The notes below the pieces were generated by a model. The model was not told where the DNA came from. It was given only the letters and a program-made list of their open reading frames with translations, and made no database searches. This document shows, one piece after another, positions 38,677-52,679 of a stretch of DNA of 62,882 bases. Made by a program: the position numbers and the translations under genes. The DNA is from Octopus bimaculoides (taxonomy: Eukaryota), in the NCBI RefSeq assembly GCF_001194135.2, contig NC_068983.1, positions 107,755,152 to 107,818,033 on the forward strand. Direction: 5' to 3'. The stretch's first letter is position 1. Every line of letters starts with the position of its first letter.

Positions 38677-38799
38677 GTATATATTTTACTTTTATTGATA
38701 ATTGTTACCATGTTGAAATCCTGAGCCACTTCTATTTATTTTCATTGTTTTTCTTTGTATATATATTTGCGAGTATGAGTGGTGTGATTTTCAAAAAAT

Positions 38800-40100
38800 G
38801 GTGAATCTTAGTTCATATTCATTCTCTTCATTAATTGTTTTCCTAAGGAGGAGTTACGTCGTTGTTTTGAAGAAATTATTCCTTCACATCACAAACATCT
38901 CCCATGCTTTTGCTGATTTTTCTTTTATGTAATTTCTTCTTCTTTTCCCTTTTGTGCTTTCACCAACCATTTGTAGGTTTTCCCCTGCATGATGATAATG
39001 TGGTACTTGATGTGGTACTACAGCTTGGTACTGTTAGGAGAAAGGTGTTTGTGTTCATCTGTTTCTAATCATGGGCATAAAAACATTTCAGTTGCCATCC
39101 TCAGAGGTTTGGCATATAGTGCTCTGAAAACAGGTGTTTGTAGTTCATTTTGCTGATGCAACCTCATAAGTTGCATTTTTCTTCTTTTCCCTTCTTCTTT
39201 CCAGTTATTTGGGACATTCAGCTCTAAGATGTGCTTTAAAAAAATAAATAGAGCAATGAACCAGGAATGCAAGATTAATGATACAGAGTTTCTACTCTGT
39301 ATCATTAATCTTGCATTCTTTTTCTCAGTACCTTCTACTAGGAACAGTTCCAAAATAGTCTTATGGCCTCCAAGAATCATTAGGACTTGGCAAATTCATG
39401 TGGATTTCCTTTGACCATGTTTCATCTTGCATTATCCTTGCTTTGACCACTCTTCCTTACTGCAATACAAAAGTGATAATTAGTCACACATCTACATCTT
39501 TCATAATGTTTCTTATTATAACTAGTGTTTTTTTTAAGTAATATGCTGGGACACAAATATATAATCAGATATATGTTTGACAATTTCATTTATAGTTTAG
39601 CTGAGTCTTCAGTTTTGAAGTTATGGCAGATAGAGCAATAATCTTTGTCTTTTTTCAGTTGAGAGAATTTCTCCTGATTTGTCTTGGAGAGCATGTATTA
39701 TTTGATATGAGGAGAAATTTAGCCTGCTTCTCTCCTTTTATAAGTAGAGATATATAATTTCTCTCTCTGATTCCTCCTGGATTATCTCCTGTGGCAAAGA
39801 AATGCCACATATTTTTCTTGGAACTGAAATAGGTCTAAAAACTCCATTTATGTATGAACAGATCACAGTAATTGACTCTATGTAATCATTGATACTGCTG
39901 TTGTTACTTCTGTCACTATCTTTAGAATTATTCATTTCGGTATTTGAGGCATTTTTTTCTATTAATTGATTACTACTTGTAAGCTATTCATTTTCTCCAT
40001 CTTCTTGTACAGTCAGTGTTGCATTTTGACTGTGTTTTTTGCTGGGGTTTTTTCCAGTGTTTAATTGGGTTACATGCTGGTATGTTTGGTTGTCATTTTG
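38800..40100 (-). pseudogene. Decayed ORF relic, probably retroelement-derived, family unassigned
   Basis: Minus-strand protein-like runs (NDNQTYQHVTQLNTGK..., FRPISVPRKICGISLPQEIIQEE, KHKREKKKKLHKRKISK) broken by stops and frameshifts. Confidence 0.35.
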
Positions 40101-40322
40101 GATGTGAAAATGTAATGTGTGTAAATAAAATTTTAGAAGTTTCTAATATAAACCCTGTTTTTGTTGTTGTTTATCCCTAAGTATCAAAGACAAGCTTTGA
40201 TCTCCAAAGAAAACTACATTTAGTAGTGCTTGATTAAATTGCGTTTAATAAAGAGAAGAAAACCAACAGCATCAGACTGTGAGTATCAAATAATGATTGT
40301 GATGATGAAGATGATAATAATG

Positions 40323-40371
<49 letters not shown>

Positions 40372-40384
40372 TAATACTAATATA

Positions 40385-42114
40385 CCAGGCAGTGGCTCTC
40401 ATGGCTCCTGATCTTAACTGGTTGGAAGTGTTATCATGTCCATGTTTTCTCTTGGTATAAAAGATGGGTTACAGCAAATATTCTGCTCAGTACCACAGAT
40501 TTGCTTGTCAGTTGTTTGACCTTAACCAGTTTGGCATGTTTCTTAGTGGCTGAAAGTATGTGCATCACTGATCATGAGCAGAAGTAGTAGGGGAGCATCA
40601 CAGCAATGTGTTGAGAGGAATTCTTTGGGATTTGAATAATTCACCTCTGGAAACCTGGTAGTTTTGTTCAACATCCTTAAACCATTATTCAATGACCTTT
40701 TGATTGTAATTGGCTACTTGACCTGAAGAAAATTCTAGGCCCCTCCAGCAAGGTCATGCATTGTTTATCTTCATATGAAATCACCATGTCACGCACATAT
40801 GGCTGTGGTGCATGTGCCTGGTGTACTCTTATCAGACAGGAAGTCATGATAGGCTTCGTATATTTTACTCCAGGGTCACTTTGATGGTATGCACTGCTCT
40901 CTCACTCAATAACAATAATGATAATCCTTTCTGCTCTAGGCACAAGACCTGAAATTTTGTGGGAGGAGGTTAGCCGGTCACATCAACCCCCAGTACTTGA
41001 CTGCTACTCAATTTATTGACCCCGAAAGGAGAAAAGGCAAAGTTGACCTCAGTGGAATTTGAACTCAGAATATAGCAATGGATGAAATACTGCTAAGCAT
41101 GTCATCCAGCATGCTAATGATTCTGCCAGTTCGCCACCTTAAAAATAATTATTATTATTATTATAATAATATACAAAGCAGTGGCTCTCATGGCTTCTGA
41201 TCTTAACTGAGTGGAAGTGTTATCATGGACATGTTTTGTCTTGATATAAAAGATTGGCTATGATAAATATTCTGCTCAATACCACAGATATACTTGTAAT
41301 TTACTTAACCTTAACCAGCTGAATATGTCCCTTAGTAGCTGACAAAATATGCATCTCTAATCGTGAGCAAGTGAGCATCACAGCCATGTGCTGAGAGGAA
41401 TTCTTTAGCATTCGAATAATTCACCTCTGGAAACATGAGTATTTCATTCGTCATTCTTAAACAAACCTTATTCAGAACCTTTGAGTGGGATGGGCTACTC
41501 AACCTGAACAATTTTTAACTGGGCTCCATCTGCAAGGACATACACTGTTTATCTTGATATGAGGTCACCATATCATGTACATATGGTTGTGATGCTTGTG
41601 CCTAGTGTATCCTTATTAGATTTGTATCCTATTGTTGCTTTGATGGCATGCATTACTCTCTTGCTCAATAATAATAAAAATACATTCTAACTTTCTACAA
41701 TAGGTACCAAGGCCTGAAATTTTGGAAGAGGGGCCAGTAGGTTACATAGACCCCAGTACTCAACAGATACATTGACAATGAAAGAATGAAAGGCAAGGGC
41801 AATCATAGCAGTATTTGAACTCAGAACATAAAGACAAACTGCCACTAAACATTTTGTCCAGCATGCTATTAATTTCGCCTGCTTGCTGCCTTAATAATAG
41901 TAATATTTCTATCAGAGGCACAAGACCTGAAATTTGTGGGGAGGGAGCTAGTTGGTTACATCTACCTCAGTGCTTAACTGGTACTTATTTTATCAACCCT
42001 GAATGGAGAGGCAAAGTCAGCCTTGGAGAAATTTGAACTCAGAACAGAAAGACTGACAAAATGCTGCTAAGCATTTTGCCTGGCATGTTAATAATTCTGC
42101 CAGCTTTCTGTCCT

Positions 42115-42159
<45 letters not shown>

Positions 42160-42377
42160 CCTTTCTACTGGAGGCATAAGGTCTCAAATTTGGGTGGGGA
42201 GGGGATTGTCAATTACATCGACCCCAGTGTTTCACTGGTACTTAATTTATCGACCCTGAAAGGACGAAAGGCAAAGTCAACCACAATGGAATTTGAACTC
42301 AGAATGTAGTGACGGGCTAAATGCCACTAAGCATTTCGTCCAGCATGCTAATTATTCTGCCAGCTCACTGCTTTAAT

Positions 42378-42421
<44 letters not shown>

Positions 42422-43100
42422 TAATAATAATGATTTCAGACTTTTGTACAGGGCCCGCAAGTTTAGGGGAAGGCATAAGTTGTATACCTTGACCTCAGTA
42501 TTTAACTGGTACTTATTTTTTTCAGCTCCAAAAGGATGAAAGGCAGAGTCAACCTTGGTAGAATTTGAACTCAGAACATAAATACGGTGCCCAAAGTGCT
42601 CACAATTCTGCCAGCTGAGTAATAATAATAGTAATAATAATAATGGTTTCAAATTTTGCCACAAGGGCAATAACTTTGGGGGAGGGGATGAGTTGATTAC
42701 ATCAACCTCAGTGTTCAGCTGGTACTTATTTTATCCACCCTGAAAGCATGGAAAGCAAAGCTGACCTAAGCAGAATTTGAATTCAGAACATGGCAACAGG
42801 TGAAATACCACTAAGCATTTTGTCCAGCATGCTAACAATTCTACTATTCTACTAGCTCACCACCTTTAACAACAACAATAACAACAATAATAATTATTAT
42901 TATTGTTATTATTTCAAATATCTGCTACAAGGGTAGTAGCTTGGTGGGGGTAGAAATGAGTTGCTTCCATCGACCCCAATGTTCAACTGGTACTTATTTT
43001 ATTCACCCTGAAAGGATGAAAGGCAAAGTTAACCTCAACGAATTTGTACTCAGAACGTAGCAACAGGTGAAATACCACTAAGCATATTCAGTTGGCTAAT
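40385..43100 (-). mobile_element. Head-to-tail cluster of two ~520-bp repeats (40385-40910, 41175-41680) and about 7 family C SINEs, joined by (AAT)n
   Basis: Repeated AATTTGAACTCAGAA and CTAAGCATT motifs, all in one orientation. Confidence 0.85.
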
Positions 43101-44188
43101 GATTTATTAGTTAGGGTCAATAATATCCAAAATTTTCCTTGTGTTTTGGTCATTAATGATTCCATCATCACAAATAAAATACCAAAGTCAATAAAAGACA
43201 AACTTCATTTAATCAAAGAAAAATTCAACTCTAGTTGAAATTCAAACAAAAAAAGCACTATTAACTTTATTGTCTCTTACACATGTATAAAAAAATTTAG
43301 CATTTTCATTTTGTTTTTATTGAAATCTACCACCACTTCCTTCAATTGAGGTATTCTTCCTTCAATTAAACTTATTTAAGTTAGATAAATAAATAAATAA
43401 ATAAAAGAAAAGATCTAACAAATTAACTTTAGATATGTCAGTTATTTTATATAAATAAAAGTTATTTATTTGGAATACATACTGATTATAAAAGAATCTC
43501 TAAGTTTCAAGGAAATAAAATTTTATATTGTATGCTTACAGATTTAAGTATTTCTCTAAAAAGAGATGTAAACTAAAATGTAGCATGTGAATATTAACTG
43601 ACAATCTTTTTTTTTTTTATTACAAGTTCTCATTGTATATATCAGTATTGTAATGTGAAAAGGACAGAAAATGACTGCAGAAATATCTTATAGTTTATAC
43701 ACTTTATTAAGAATGGGCATTGCAAAATATGCTAATAAATATTGGAAATGCTTGGAGTATTGAAACACATTATATTTAATATAATGCATTAGTTGTATGC
43801 AACAAAAAAGCATAGAGGAGAGACAGAATATATAACATGGAACTTCAATAGGAGGGTTTATATTTGGAATGCATTAATAGATAACAGAAACTAAAAACAG
43901 CCTGGAAAATATTTGATGATAAGAACAGATAATATGAATTATTTATCAAAGTAGAATAATCCTTATTTTTGCAATATTGTATCCTGAAGAAACAAACATA
44001 GAGGCACTTTTATCAGAAGTCTCCATATTAGGGTTTGGATCCAATATATTGTCTTTTATATGACAGTAGTAGAGAGAGAAAATTTATAATTGTTTTTCCC
44101 AGCAATTTTTTTTTCTTAAATTATTAACCAGTGAGATATAATGTTAATATTATGGTTACCAACAAAACACTGATGTTACAGAAAAGAT

Positions 44189-44650
44189 AATGATATTGCA
44201 GGAAAGGTTTGTGAACTAGACAATGATATTGTAGGGAAGGATTTGCAAACAATTTAATAAGATAATAACATTGCAAGGAAGGTTTGTGAACAAGGTTGTG
44301 TCATTAATTAACTTGCAGACGATGTTTTGGGGAGAATTTAATGAAATAATGAGATTGTAGGGAAGAATTTGTGGATAATTTTATAAAGTAATGACATCAC
44401 AGGGAAATTTTTGTGAACATTTTAATGAGTTAATGACATTACAGGGAAGGATTTATGAATAATTTGATGGGATAATGACATTACAGGAAGGATTTTTTGA
44501 ACAGTGTAATGAGATAAAGAGATTTCACGAAGGTTTTGTGAACAATTTAATAAGATGACAATACAGGGAAAGTTTTGTGAACATTTTAATGAGTTAATGA
44601 CATTGCATGTAAAAATTCATAAATAAGATAATGTGATTATAACATTGCAA
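44189..44650. repeat. Diverged ~42-bp minisatellite, about 10 units
   Basis: Consensus approximately AATGACATTGCAGGGAAGGTTTTGTGAACAATTTAATGAGAT. Confidence 0.85.
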
Positions 44651-46949
44651 GAACATGTCATTTAATTCTGTATAAAATTGTTTGATACAAATTGTTATAT
44701 ATGATGTGATGTACAAGTGAATTCATTGAATCATCTGTATTCTGAACTGCCATGTCTTGGCTTTTGTGCTTCAATTTACTAAAAACATTTCATTGTCCCA
44801 TTTGGAAAGATGACTATTTTACATGCTCCAGTTGGCTACTCTGTGAGGAATAGGTCCAGATCTTCTGGAATGCTCTGAATGGCATAACATCTACACCCTG
44901 AAATTGGAGTAGCATAGCCATAACCTCTATACCGCTCTGATTTTACAGAGACCTACAATCACACAGTATATGAGACCATTTTTAAAATGTTATTTCTTTA
45001 CCAATTACAACAAACAAAGATGTAAATTAAAATATGCTAAATTAAATGAAAATATACCAGTTAAATGAATACAGATATTTATTAAAGTGAATTATTTTAC
45101 ATGAGAGAGTTTACAAGTTGTGGTTTACCATTGTTAACAGGGACAACTTGGATAATTATTAATCCTATTTCAAAGTGATTACTTCTTGAAAGATTATTCA
45201 AGCTTTATGAATAAGTAAAATATGGAATACTTTACATACTGTATTTGCCAGTGTATAAGATGCACTTTTACATAAGATGCACCCCTACAGAACAAGTATA
45301 TTTTGTAGAAAAACAAATTTAATGTTTCATCACACACTCATAGACTTAGTGTCTCATCTGTAATATAGTTACATTAGATGCATGGCAAATTTTTGTTACA
45401 TTTAAAAATAAAAAAATATCCCCTCTAATATTTTGACACATGCAGCAGTTGGCAAAAAGTTAAGCAAGCCCTATTGCCTTTAGAAGACATATGTGTCACA
45501 ACTCACTATGTTCCTTAACTCAAAAGATCTTATTGAAAATTTTCCAATTTGAAAACCCTGTTCTGTAATTGTTCTGATATAGAACAGAAGTGAAACATAG
45601 TAGATATTAGATTTTTCTCTGTTGCATTAGTGAGTTTCTCACTTCTTTTAACATGAATGTAATCAAATTTAGTATGATTCTTGTGATATCATGTGTTTTA
45701 GAAAAGGCTGACTACTGTAGACGTGTATGGTGTTGTGTCTTACTGGAAGATAAGAGTTAAATATAAAGGTGTATATTTGTGCAAGAAATGATAATATAAT
45801 TTCAGAATTAAACACGTTTATATCAGCTTTCCAATCATGGAATAAATTGACTCATTATGAGACTTTTTTAAATTTTATGTTCTGTGATTTACTACAGCTT
45901 TATTCTTCATGTAAATTCAGCAGTATTTTATGTGGAACGTTTTCCTATGAGATATCTAAGACATTTTTGTTCTGAAATAGTTTCCAGAAAATATGAATAA
46001 TTTTGGAAATTGCTACAAGGCATAATGACATCTTTACAAAGATATCTGTAATTCATAAGGAAAAACAAAAGTGCTCAAAGCTTAAAATTTTCCTTTTGTT
46101 GTAAGACTAGATTTATTTATTTTTATAAATAATTTTCTGATATTTTTTATTCTCCCTTCTCTTCCACTTTTGTTTAAATATCCTTTCTGCTTTTTAAACC
46201 TCATTTCTTGTATCATATGACAAAACATGCAATGTCTCATTTTTCTTCTTTTTTTTTTCTTTCTCAAATTTACCACCGAAGTATTGTCACAAACAAGTTA
46301 ACATTTAGAGATTCTGTCTTGCAGTCATAAAAACAAATTTGTAAATTATATTATTGTTACAATTTTGCTCCACATAAAATTGAAATTATTTCAGTTATTT
46401 CACTCATATCTTGTTAAAAACACTTTTATAACCTCAGTTAATGTTTATCTCATAAGTTTGATAAATAGACTGAATCATTATACCTGCATCATTTACCTCT
46501 TGTTTCTTTATCAAAGGTATCCACCAATAAGTTGTACCCTTTTAGTTCAAGATAATAGGGAGTGTGAGCTGTAATATCTGACTCTTGCAAAGGCATTACT
46601 CACATAAGAAAATTAATATGTCTTAAAGTAAAAATCAGAACTTGGTTATAAATTCAACTCACTGAGAAACTACAGCCTTTCCATATTAATTGTAATGACA
46701 ATATATTACCAAATAATCTGTAATTGTTTTAAAATTCTTGGCAACAAATGGTCTCTATATCTAAATTTCACATATTTTCGAGAGTCATCATCATCATTTA
46801 AAATTTACTTAAATTTATTTTGGCCAAAAGTTAGCTTTGGTCATGTATAAATTAATAACACACGTGATAGATTCTATGAAGTCATTTTTAAGTCAAGTTT
46901 TGAGGCATCATAAGCCCATTCAAGCTGGAAGATTTTACTGACTGAGATG

Positions 46950-48560
46950 TATCCAGATATAAATGTCTTGTCTGGTATCCCTTGAAGAAATTTGTCCAAA
47001 TATCATTTGAAGGTGATGGGATCTTTTTCTTCTTTGATTTCTTTTGGGATAATGTTAAATAGAAACGATATGAATAGCGAGAGGAGGAGAAACAAATAAG
47101 TAAGGAGTACCTAAGTGAATGATACATAGAACCATTCAGGTCTAAGGAGAGAGGATACTATAGCAATGGTAGAAAAGAAAGAAGAAATAGATGTTGGTGA
47201 GTATCCATTCAGTCAAAGGTTTTTCTTTGGATACAGTCTAGGATGTTATGCAACAGTTGAAATGGGAGAGATATAGGAGCAATGCTTTCATTGTGAGTCT
47301 CACCTGAGTTTTAGAGAAAATTAGTAGTTGTTCAGGGCTAAAGTTTTTTATCTTTCTCAAGAGGAAGGGAGTTCTTTTGGGTGTATTTATGATGTATATA
47401 ACCAGGAGAGATTCACAGGGACGATGAAACTAACATTTAGTTTGACATCAATGGCCCTAGCTATCCACTGTTGTTATTGAGGTGACATGAGAGGTGACAA
47501 TGTTTTCTTGATATGTGTAGTCATTGTGCTGTCATCTTGTTGAAAGAGACAAGATATTCACAGCACCATTGGTGATAATGTTTCTGAGGTTTTTATTCAT
47601 GGAATCATCACAGGTTTGATGTGAAGTGTCTAAGCAGCATGTGGATGACACGTGGTTACTGAAAGTTAAGGAGGTGTGAAGGATGGTATTATCTACCATA
47701 AAATGAGCATGTGGTTTGAGGTGATGACAAGGAAGCCAACTCCAGAGGAAACCATATCTGATAGGCAGTGAGTCAAAGTGAACTCTACTAACACTCATTA
47801 TAATCTGATGAGAAGTCTACAGATATAACAAAAAATGTGGAATCTATAGGCTGGTAGTTTTGACAGGAGATTCACATGCCGGGCACAACAATTGAAACCT
47901 TTACTGACATCGAGGGCAACAACGCTACTTTTTCAAATGTCTGTAAAATGAAAACCAACAGGCAAGTGTCAAAGAAAAGTCTCTAGTAGATCTAATTTAT
48001 GAACATAATATTAGTTCTCATTAATGAGGGAGAAAATTCAGGGTATTGGAGAAGGTTGTTGTTAATGACTCCATGTTATCTTTAAATATTGAAAGTGAAT
48101 CCAGTAACATAGTAGATGACTATGTAAGAGCGTTGTCTTTACTGAGAATAGGATACACTGTAGAATATAACCCTACCAAAAGAGGAGAGATTATTTATAG
48201 AATCACAATGGTTGAGAGGTAGTGGAAAGTAGAATTTTGTGATGATGGTAACAATGCTTTTTGGCAAGGGACCAATATAATCAATTGCAATTTGAGGGGC
48301 AAAGAGCTTGTCTGCCTTCGATGTATGAAAACATCCTTCTTTGTTTTGATGATAACCTTCAGGAATTGTGGTTGTGGATAAAAGACCACTAGTTAGTATG
48401 GGTAGGTTTCTTCAAGTTTTACCTTAGCATCTCCTGCTGTTATGAGTGAATAATTTTGAGAACTGGAGCTGTGAGTTTTGGTTGTGTGTATAGGATGTGG
48501 AAGGACATATACAGCATATGATAATATGTAGCTGTTTCTGATGGATCATCGATAAAACAT
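46950..48560 (-). mobile_element. Decayed Penelope-like element (RT C-terminal part plus GIY-YIG region)
   Basis: Minus-strand fragments in the expected order: FHRPCESLLVIYII, APIS-HFN, CIIHLGTP; many stops and frameshifts. Confidence 0.55.
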
Positions 48561-48880
48561 GTGCTGTCAGATTTAACTGGCTTTTAACAGCTGACTTTGA
48601 GCTTGGAAAGCAACCATTCTATAAAGAAAGGAATTTGTTGATTTTTGCTAAAAGAATAAAGTTTCTTTTAAAATTTTATGATGACTTATTGCTCAAATTA
48701 CTGCATTTCATTCAACAATAACTAGATAATTTATTAGTGAATTGATTACTAGTCACTCAAACAAAATATACATGTATACAAACATTTTTAAAATTATTTC
48801 ACTAGAATTCAAAATCATCCTTCAATCCAGAATAGATATATAATATGACTATGATAATGTGTAATATATCGAGTATTCTA

Positions 48881-48915
<35 letters not shown>

Positions 48916-48919
<4 letters not shown>

Positions 48920-49620
48920 AAAATAAAATTTAAAAAAATAATAATGATAAGGCAGAATGCTCAACTGAAAGCATATTTTAATATAGATGTGTGTAAAGAG
49001 GATTAAAAAGGATTTTAACCAGCTTTCATTGCATGGCAAATTTTCAAGTAGAGGGAAAATGAAAATAATGTTTTTTACAAAAATATAGAAAATATATAAA
49101 AAAATAAATATACCAATACACTATACTCAAGAAGTAAATTTATATTTACAATATAAATTTACTTCTTGTTTCTCTAAGAACAGACATAAACTTCCTGTTG
49201 ACAAAGAGTCAAGAACTCCAACTAAAGAGTAGAAAACCCACAGAATTGTCTTCCCTTACACACTCTTCCTGTTTGTCACCACACTTCCTGTTTAACACAA
49301 ACTCTGTCTTTTTTAAACACAACACCATTCTTAATTATATGCATCCTAATCTTTCTAACACATATATACATGGATTACCATTGAACTTTAAAAACTCAAA
49401 GACAATATAATGTATTGGTATGTTTATTTTTTTATGTATTTTTAATTTTTTTGTAAAATACATTATTTTCATTTTCCATCTTCTTGAAAATTTGCCATGC
49501 AATGAAAGCCGGTTAGAAATCCTTTTTAATCCTCCTTATACACATCTATATTAAAATATGCCTTCAGTTTAGCATTCTGCCTTATCATTATTATTATTAT
49601 CATTATTATTTATTTTCCTA
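48916..49620. repeat. Foldback element with ~190-bp inverted arms and an internal perfect hairpin
   Basis: Arms about 48937-49120 and 49411-49595, roughly 90% identical by eye; 19-bp perfect hairpin 49128-49146 / 49150-49168. Confidence 0.9.
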
Positions 49621-49707
49621 TCATTTCTCCACGTGCAGTTAACACAACCCTACCATTTACTGACATATATATATATATACATATATATGTGTGCGTGTGT
49701 GTGTATG

Positions 49708-49738
<31 letters not shown>

Positions 49739-49765
49739 ATATATATATGTGTGTGTGTATGTATG

Positions 49766-49812
<47 letters not shown>

Positions 49813-49994
49813 ATATATATATATGTGTGTGTGTATGTGTATATATGTATGTATATATATATATATGTGTGTGTGTGTGTATGTATATATATGTATGTGT
49901 ATGTATATATATGTATGTATATATATATATATGTGTGTGTGTGTGTATGTATATATATGTATGTATATATATATGTGTGTGTATGTATATATAT

Positions 49995-50400
49995 ATGGCA
50001 CTCTGGTATTGATGAATAGTTGAACAACCAAATCCAAGCTTCTCTGCTAGTTCCTCAACAATTACGATGGGATTTTGTTCCATCAGGGTTTGCATGACAT
50101 CCTTGTCAAGCTCTACAGATCCTCCAGTATGCGGCTAGTCTTCTAGGCTGTAATTTCCGGCCTAGAATTTCTGGAAGCATCGTTGACACTGGCTTATGCT
50201 TATTGTCCAATCCCCATATACTGCATTAATATTCTTTGCACTTTCCATTCTGTTGTAGCCTTTATTGAACTTATTAAGTAAAATTTGATGAATATGCTCC
50301 TTTGTCACTTCCATTACAGCTTTGAAAAAATAACTGTTAAATTCGAACTGCACTCTTCAAAACTTGCACTAAAAATAAGTACAAAGTAAAATTACTACCT
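49995..50400 (-). mobile_element. Mariner 5' fragment (HTH region)
   Basis: KEHIHQILLNKFNKG...SQCQRCFQKF and [16 protein letters not shown]. Confidence 0.8.
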
Positions 50401-50780
50401 GCTTTTATAGAAAGTTGATGCAGGTTTTTTTATCCTGTCCTTCTCTGACTTTTAGTTCACGCAATTGAAAGAAACCACATTATTTACAGAATGGCCCAAT
50501 ATAAACTAGAAAATGTCTCATTAATCCAAATATTCTTGTTGAATAAAAGACATGATACTTAGCCAAACAGAAAATGTTATTGGATATTTTTCTAGTATGC
50601 ATTGTGTACTTCTGGTAGAAAATTCCTGTTAATATCTGAGACTTCATTTTTTAGTTAATCCTTAGTTTTAAATAATTTGCTTTATTCAATAATTCTTTTT
50701 TTTTTTTCAGGGAGACTAAGTGCTTTCTCATTAATGATAAGAATATCTTTAAGTATATTTTTCTTGGTTTACTTACTCAC

Positions 50781-50956
50781 AGGCTGTAATTATCAACTGA
50801 AGATTGCAAAGCTTGACCAGCTTATGTCCAATCTCTTGATTTTTAAAGAGACTCAACAATGTTATGAAATTAGTTGTGTATTCATCTTCAGCATCTTTAG
50901 TTAAGGATTTCGTTCTGTATAGTTTCATGAGTATATAGTCTTTTTCCATAGAACAG
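50781..50956 (-). CDS. Weak candidate coding exon, product unknown
   Basis: Open frame CSMEKDYILMKLYRTKSLTKDAEDEYTTNF...LIITA; strong donor T/GTGAGT but weak AAG acceptor; phase-compatible with 54082-54154. Confidence 0.2.
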
Positions 50957-50989
50957 CTTTGCAGATATCATTAATGGAATTATTATTAT

Positions 50990-51170
50990 TTAAAAGGTGG
51001 TGAGCTGACAGAATCATTAGCAGCTTTTTTTCTGGTTTTATGTTCAGTATTCAAATTTCAAAGAAGTTGACTGAAGGTTGATGAAATAAATAGCTGAGTA
51101 CTGAGGTCGATGTATTTGATTATCCGCCTGCCCCAAAATTATCAGGCCTCATGCTTATAGTATATAGAAA
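50990..51170 (+). mobile_element. Family C SINE, degenerate
   Basis: AAGGTGGTGAGCTGACAGAATC head. Confidence 0.65.
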
Positions 51171-51211
51171 TACTATTATTTAAAAATATTATTATTTCAA
51201 TACTAAGCATA

Positions 51212-52057
51212 CAAGGGGATACCCAAAAGTAACCAGAAACATTCTCTGTGGGACAAGCCCACTGTAATTCAGGCTTCTACTACCAGAAGTCATTTGATGT
51301 GACCCTCAGGCATCAGTCTGCCAACTGGTGTAGCCAGGTGAGGTTGTACTCTCACGTGGTGCATCTTTGTTTTGCAGTGTTACTCTCCTGTTCATCAAAG
51401 GAACAGCATGCTTCCGTGAAATTCTGTTTTCTTCTGGAGAAAACGAAGGCTGAAACAGTTATAATGCTTCAAAACTGTCATGAGCAAAACACAAACTTAC
51501 AAGTGGTTTACATACTTTAAGAATAGTCACTTGTCGCTTGAGGACCAATCTCGTTCAGGGTGACTGTCAACCTCTCAAACGAATGAAAACATGAAAATTC
51601 ATGAATTGATCCAGGAGGACCGTCACTGTACAGCTGATGAGATGACTGGTGTGTTCTGGAGCTCCTGCCAATGAGTTTTGAGCGAGAAGTTGCAAATGTA
51701 AAGGGCTTCAGCAAAATTTGTACCTCGCTTGCTCACAGAAGATCAAAAGCAGTCACGCCTGAATGCGTGTTGTGAACTGAAAGGACAGTTAGAAGTTGAT
51801 CCAGACCTTTTTCGAAGGTCATCGCTGGTGACAAAAGCTGGTGCTATGGAATTTACAGATGTAAAAGAGGTGAAGAAAAAAATGATGGAAGCATTAAAAA
51901 ACATCACTTTGCAAGAGCTCCAGCACAGCTTCCAACAGTAGAAAACGAGTTTGGACCAATGCATTGAATACTTTGAAGGTGATAAAAGTGTTAACATGTA
52001 AAACTAAGTGAATAAAATAATATTGCAAAATTCTGGTTTCTTTTGGGTATCCCCTCA
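51212..52057 (+). mobile_element. Internally deleted mariner
   Basis: TIRs (C/T)(A/G)AGGGGATACCCAAAAG, TA on both sides; VKFCFLL and KFVPRLLTEDQK; catalytic core deleted. Confidence 0.9.
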
Positions 52058-52218
52058 TATAACTTAGTGGTTAACTATTTAGTACTTATGTTTAATTATG
52101 TTGTTTGTATATGCTTTGTTTGTATGTTTGTGCGTATGAACTTTTTCATATGAATGTTGTCATGAAACATACTTTTACATACAATGTATTATCATCATCA
52201 TCATCATTATTATTATTA

Positions 52219-52256
<38 letters not shown>

Positions 52257-52679
52257 ACTAATTATCAGAATTCCACAACACCATCCCCTACCCTCGAAAA
52301 AGCTCTAAAATTAAGGATATATAGTGCATATTTCATTTTAAATTAACATATTTTAATTATTTTCTCCAGCTATATCAATGTAGTTTCTAAGTATAACCTC
52401 TTTAAATGAAAAAAAAAAAATATTAAAGAATTATATTCTATGAATACTTTCATAATAGACTATCTGTTTGTTCATAACAGGTTTGTGTTAATACCTTTTT
52501 TTCTATTATTCATCATCTATGTTTCTAAACTATTTACTACTTAATGAAGCATTTTCATTTTCATTTTTGTTTTTGCAATTAAATTTTCACTAATTAGAAT
52601 TGGAAATGGAAACAATATCTCTAAGGAAAGATATCTAAATATGCAGTTAACGTTAGATATTCTAAGCACAATTCGAGAT

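Noticed and set aside
44189-44650. Regular ~42-bp repeats and the 66-bp array as CRISPR-like
   Set aside because: Tandem units without unique spacers, in eukaryotic DNA with no cas genes
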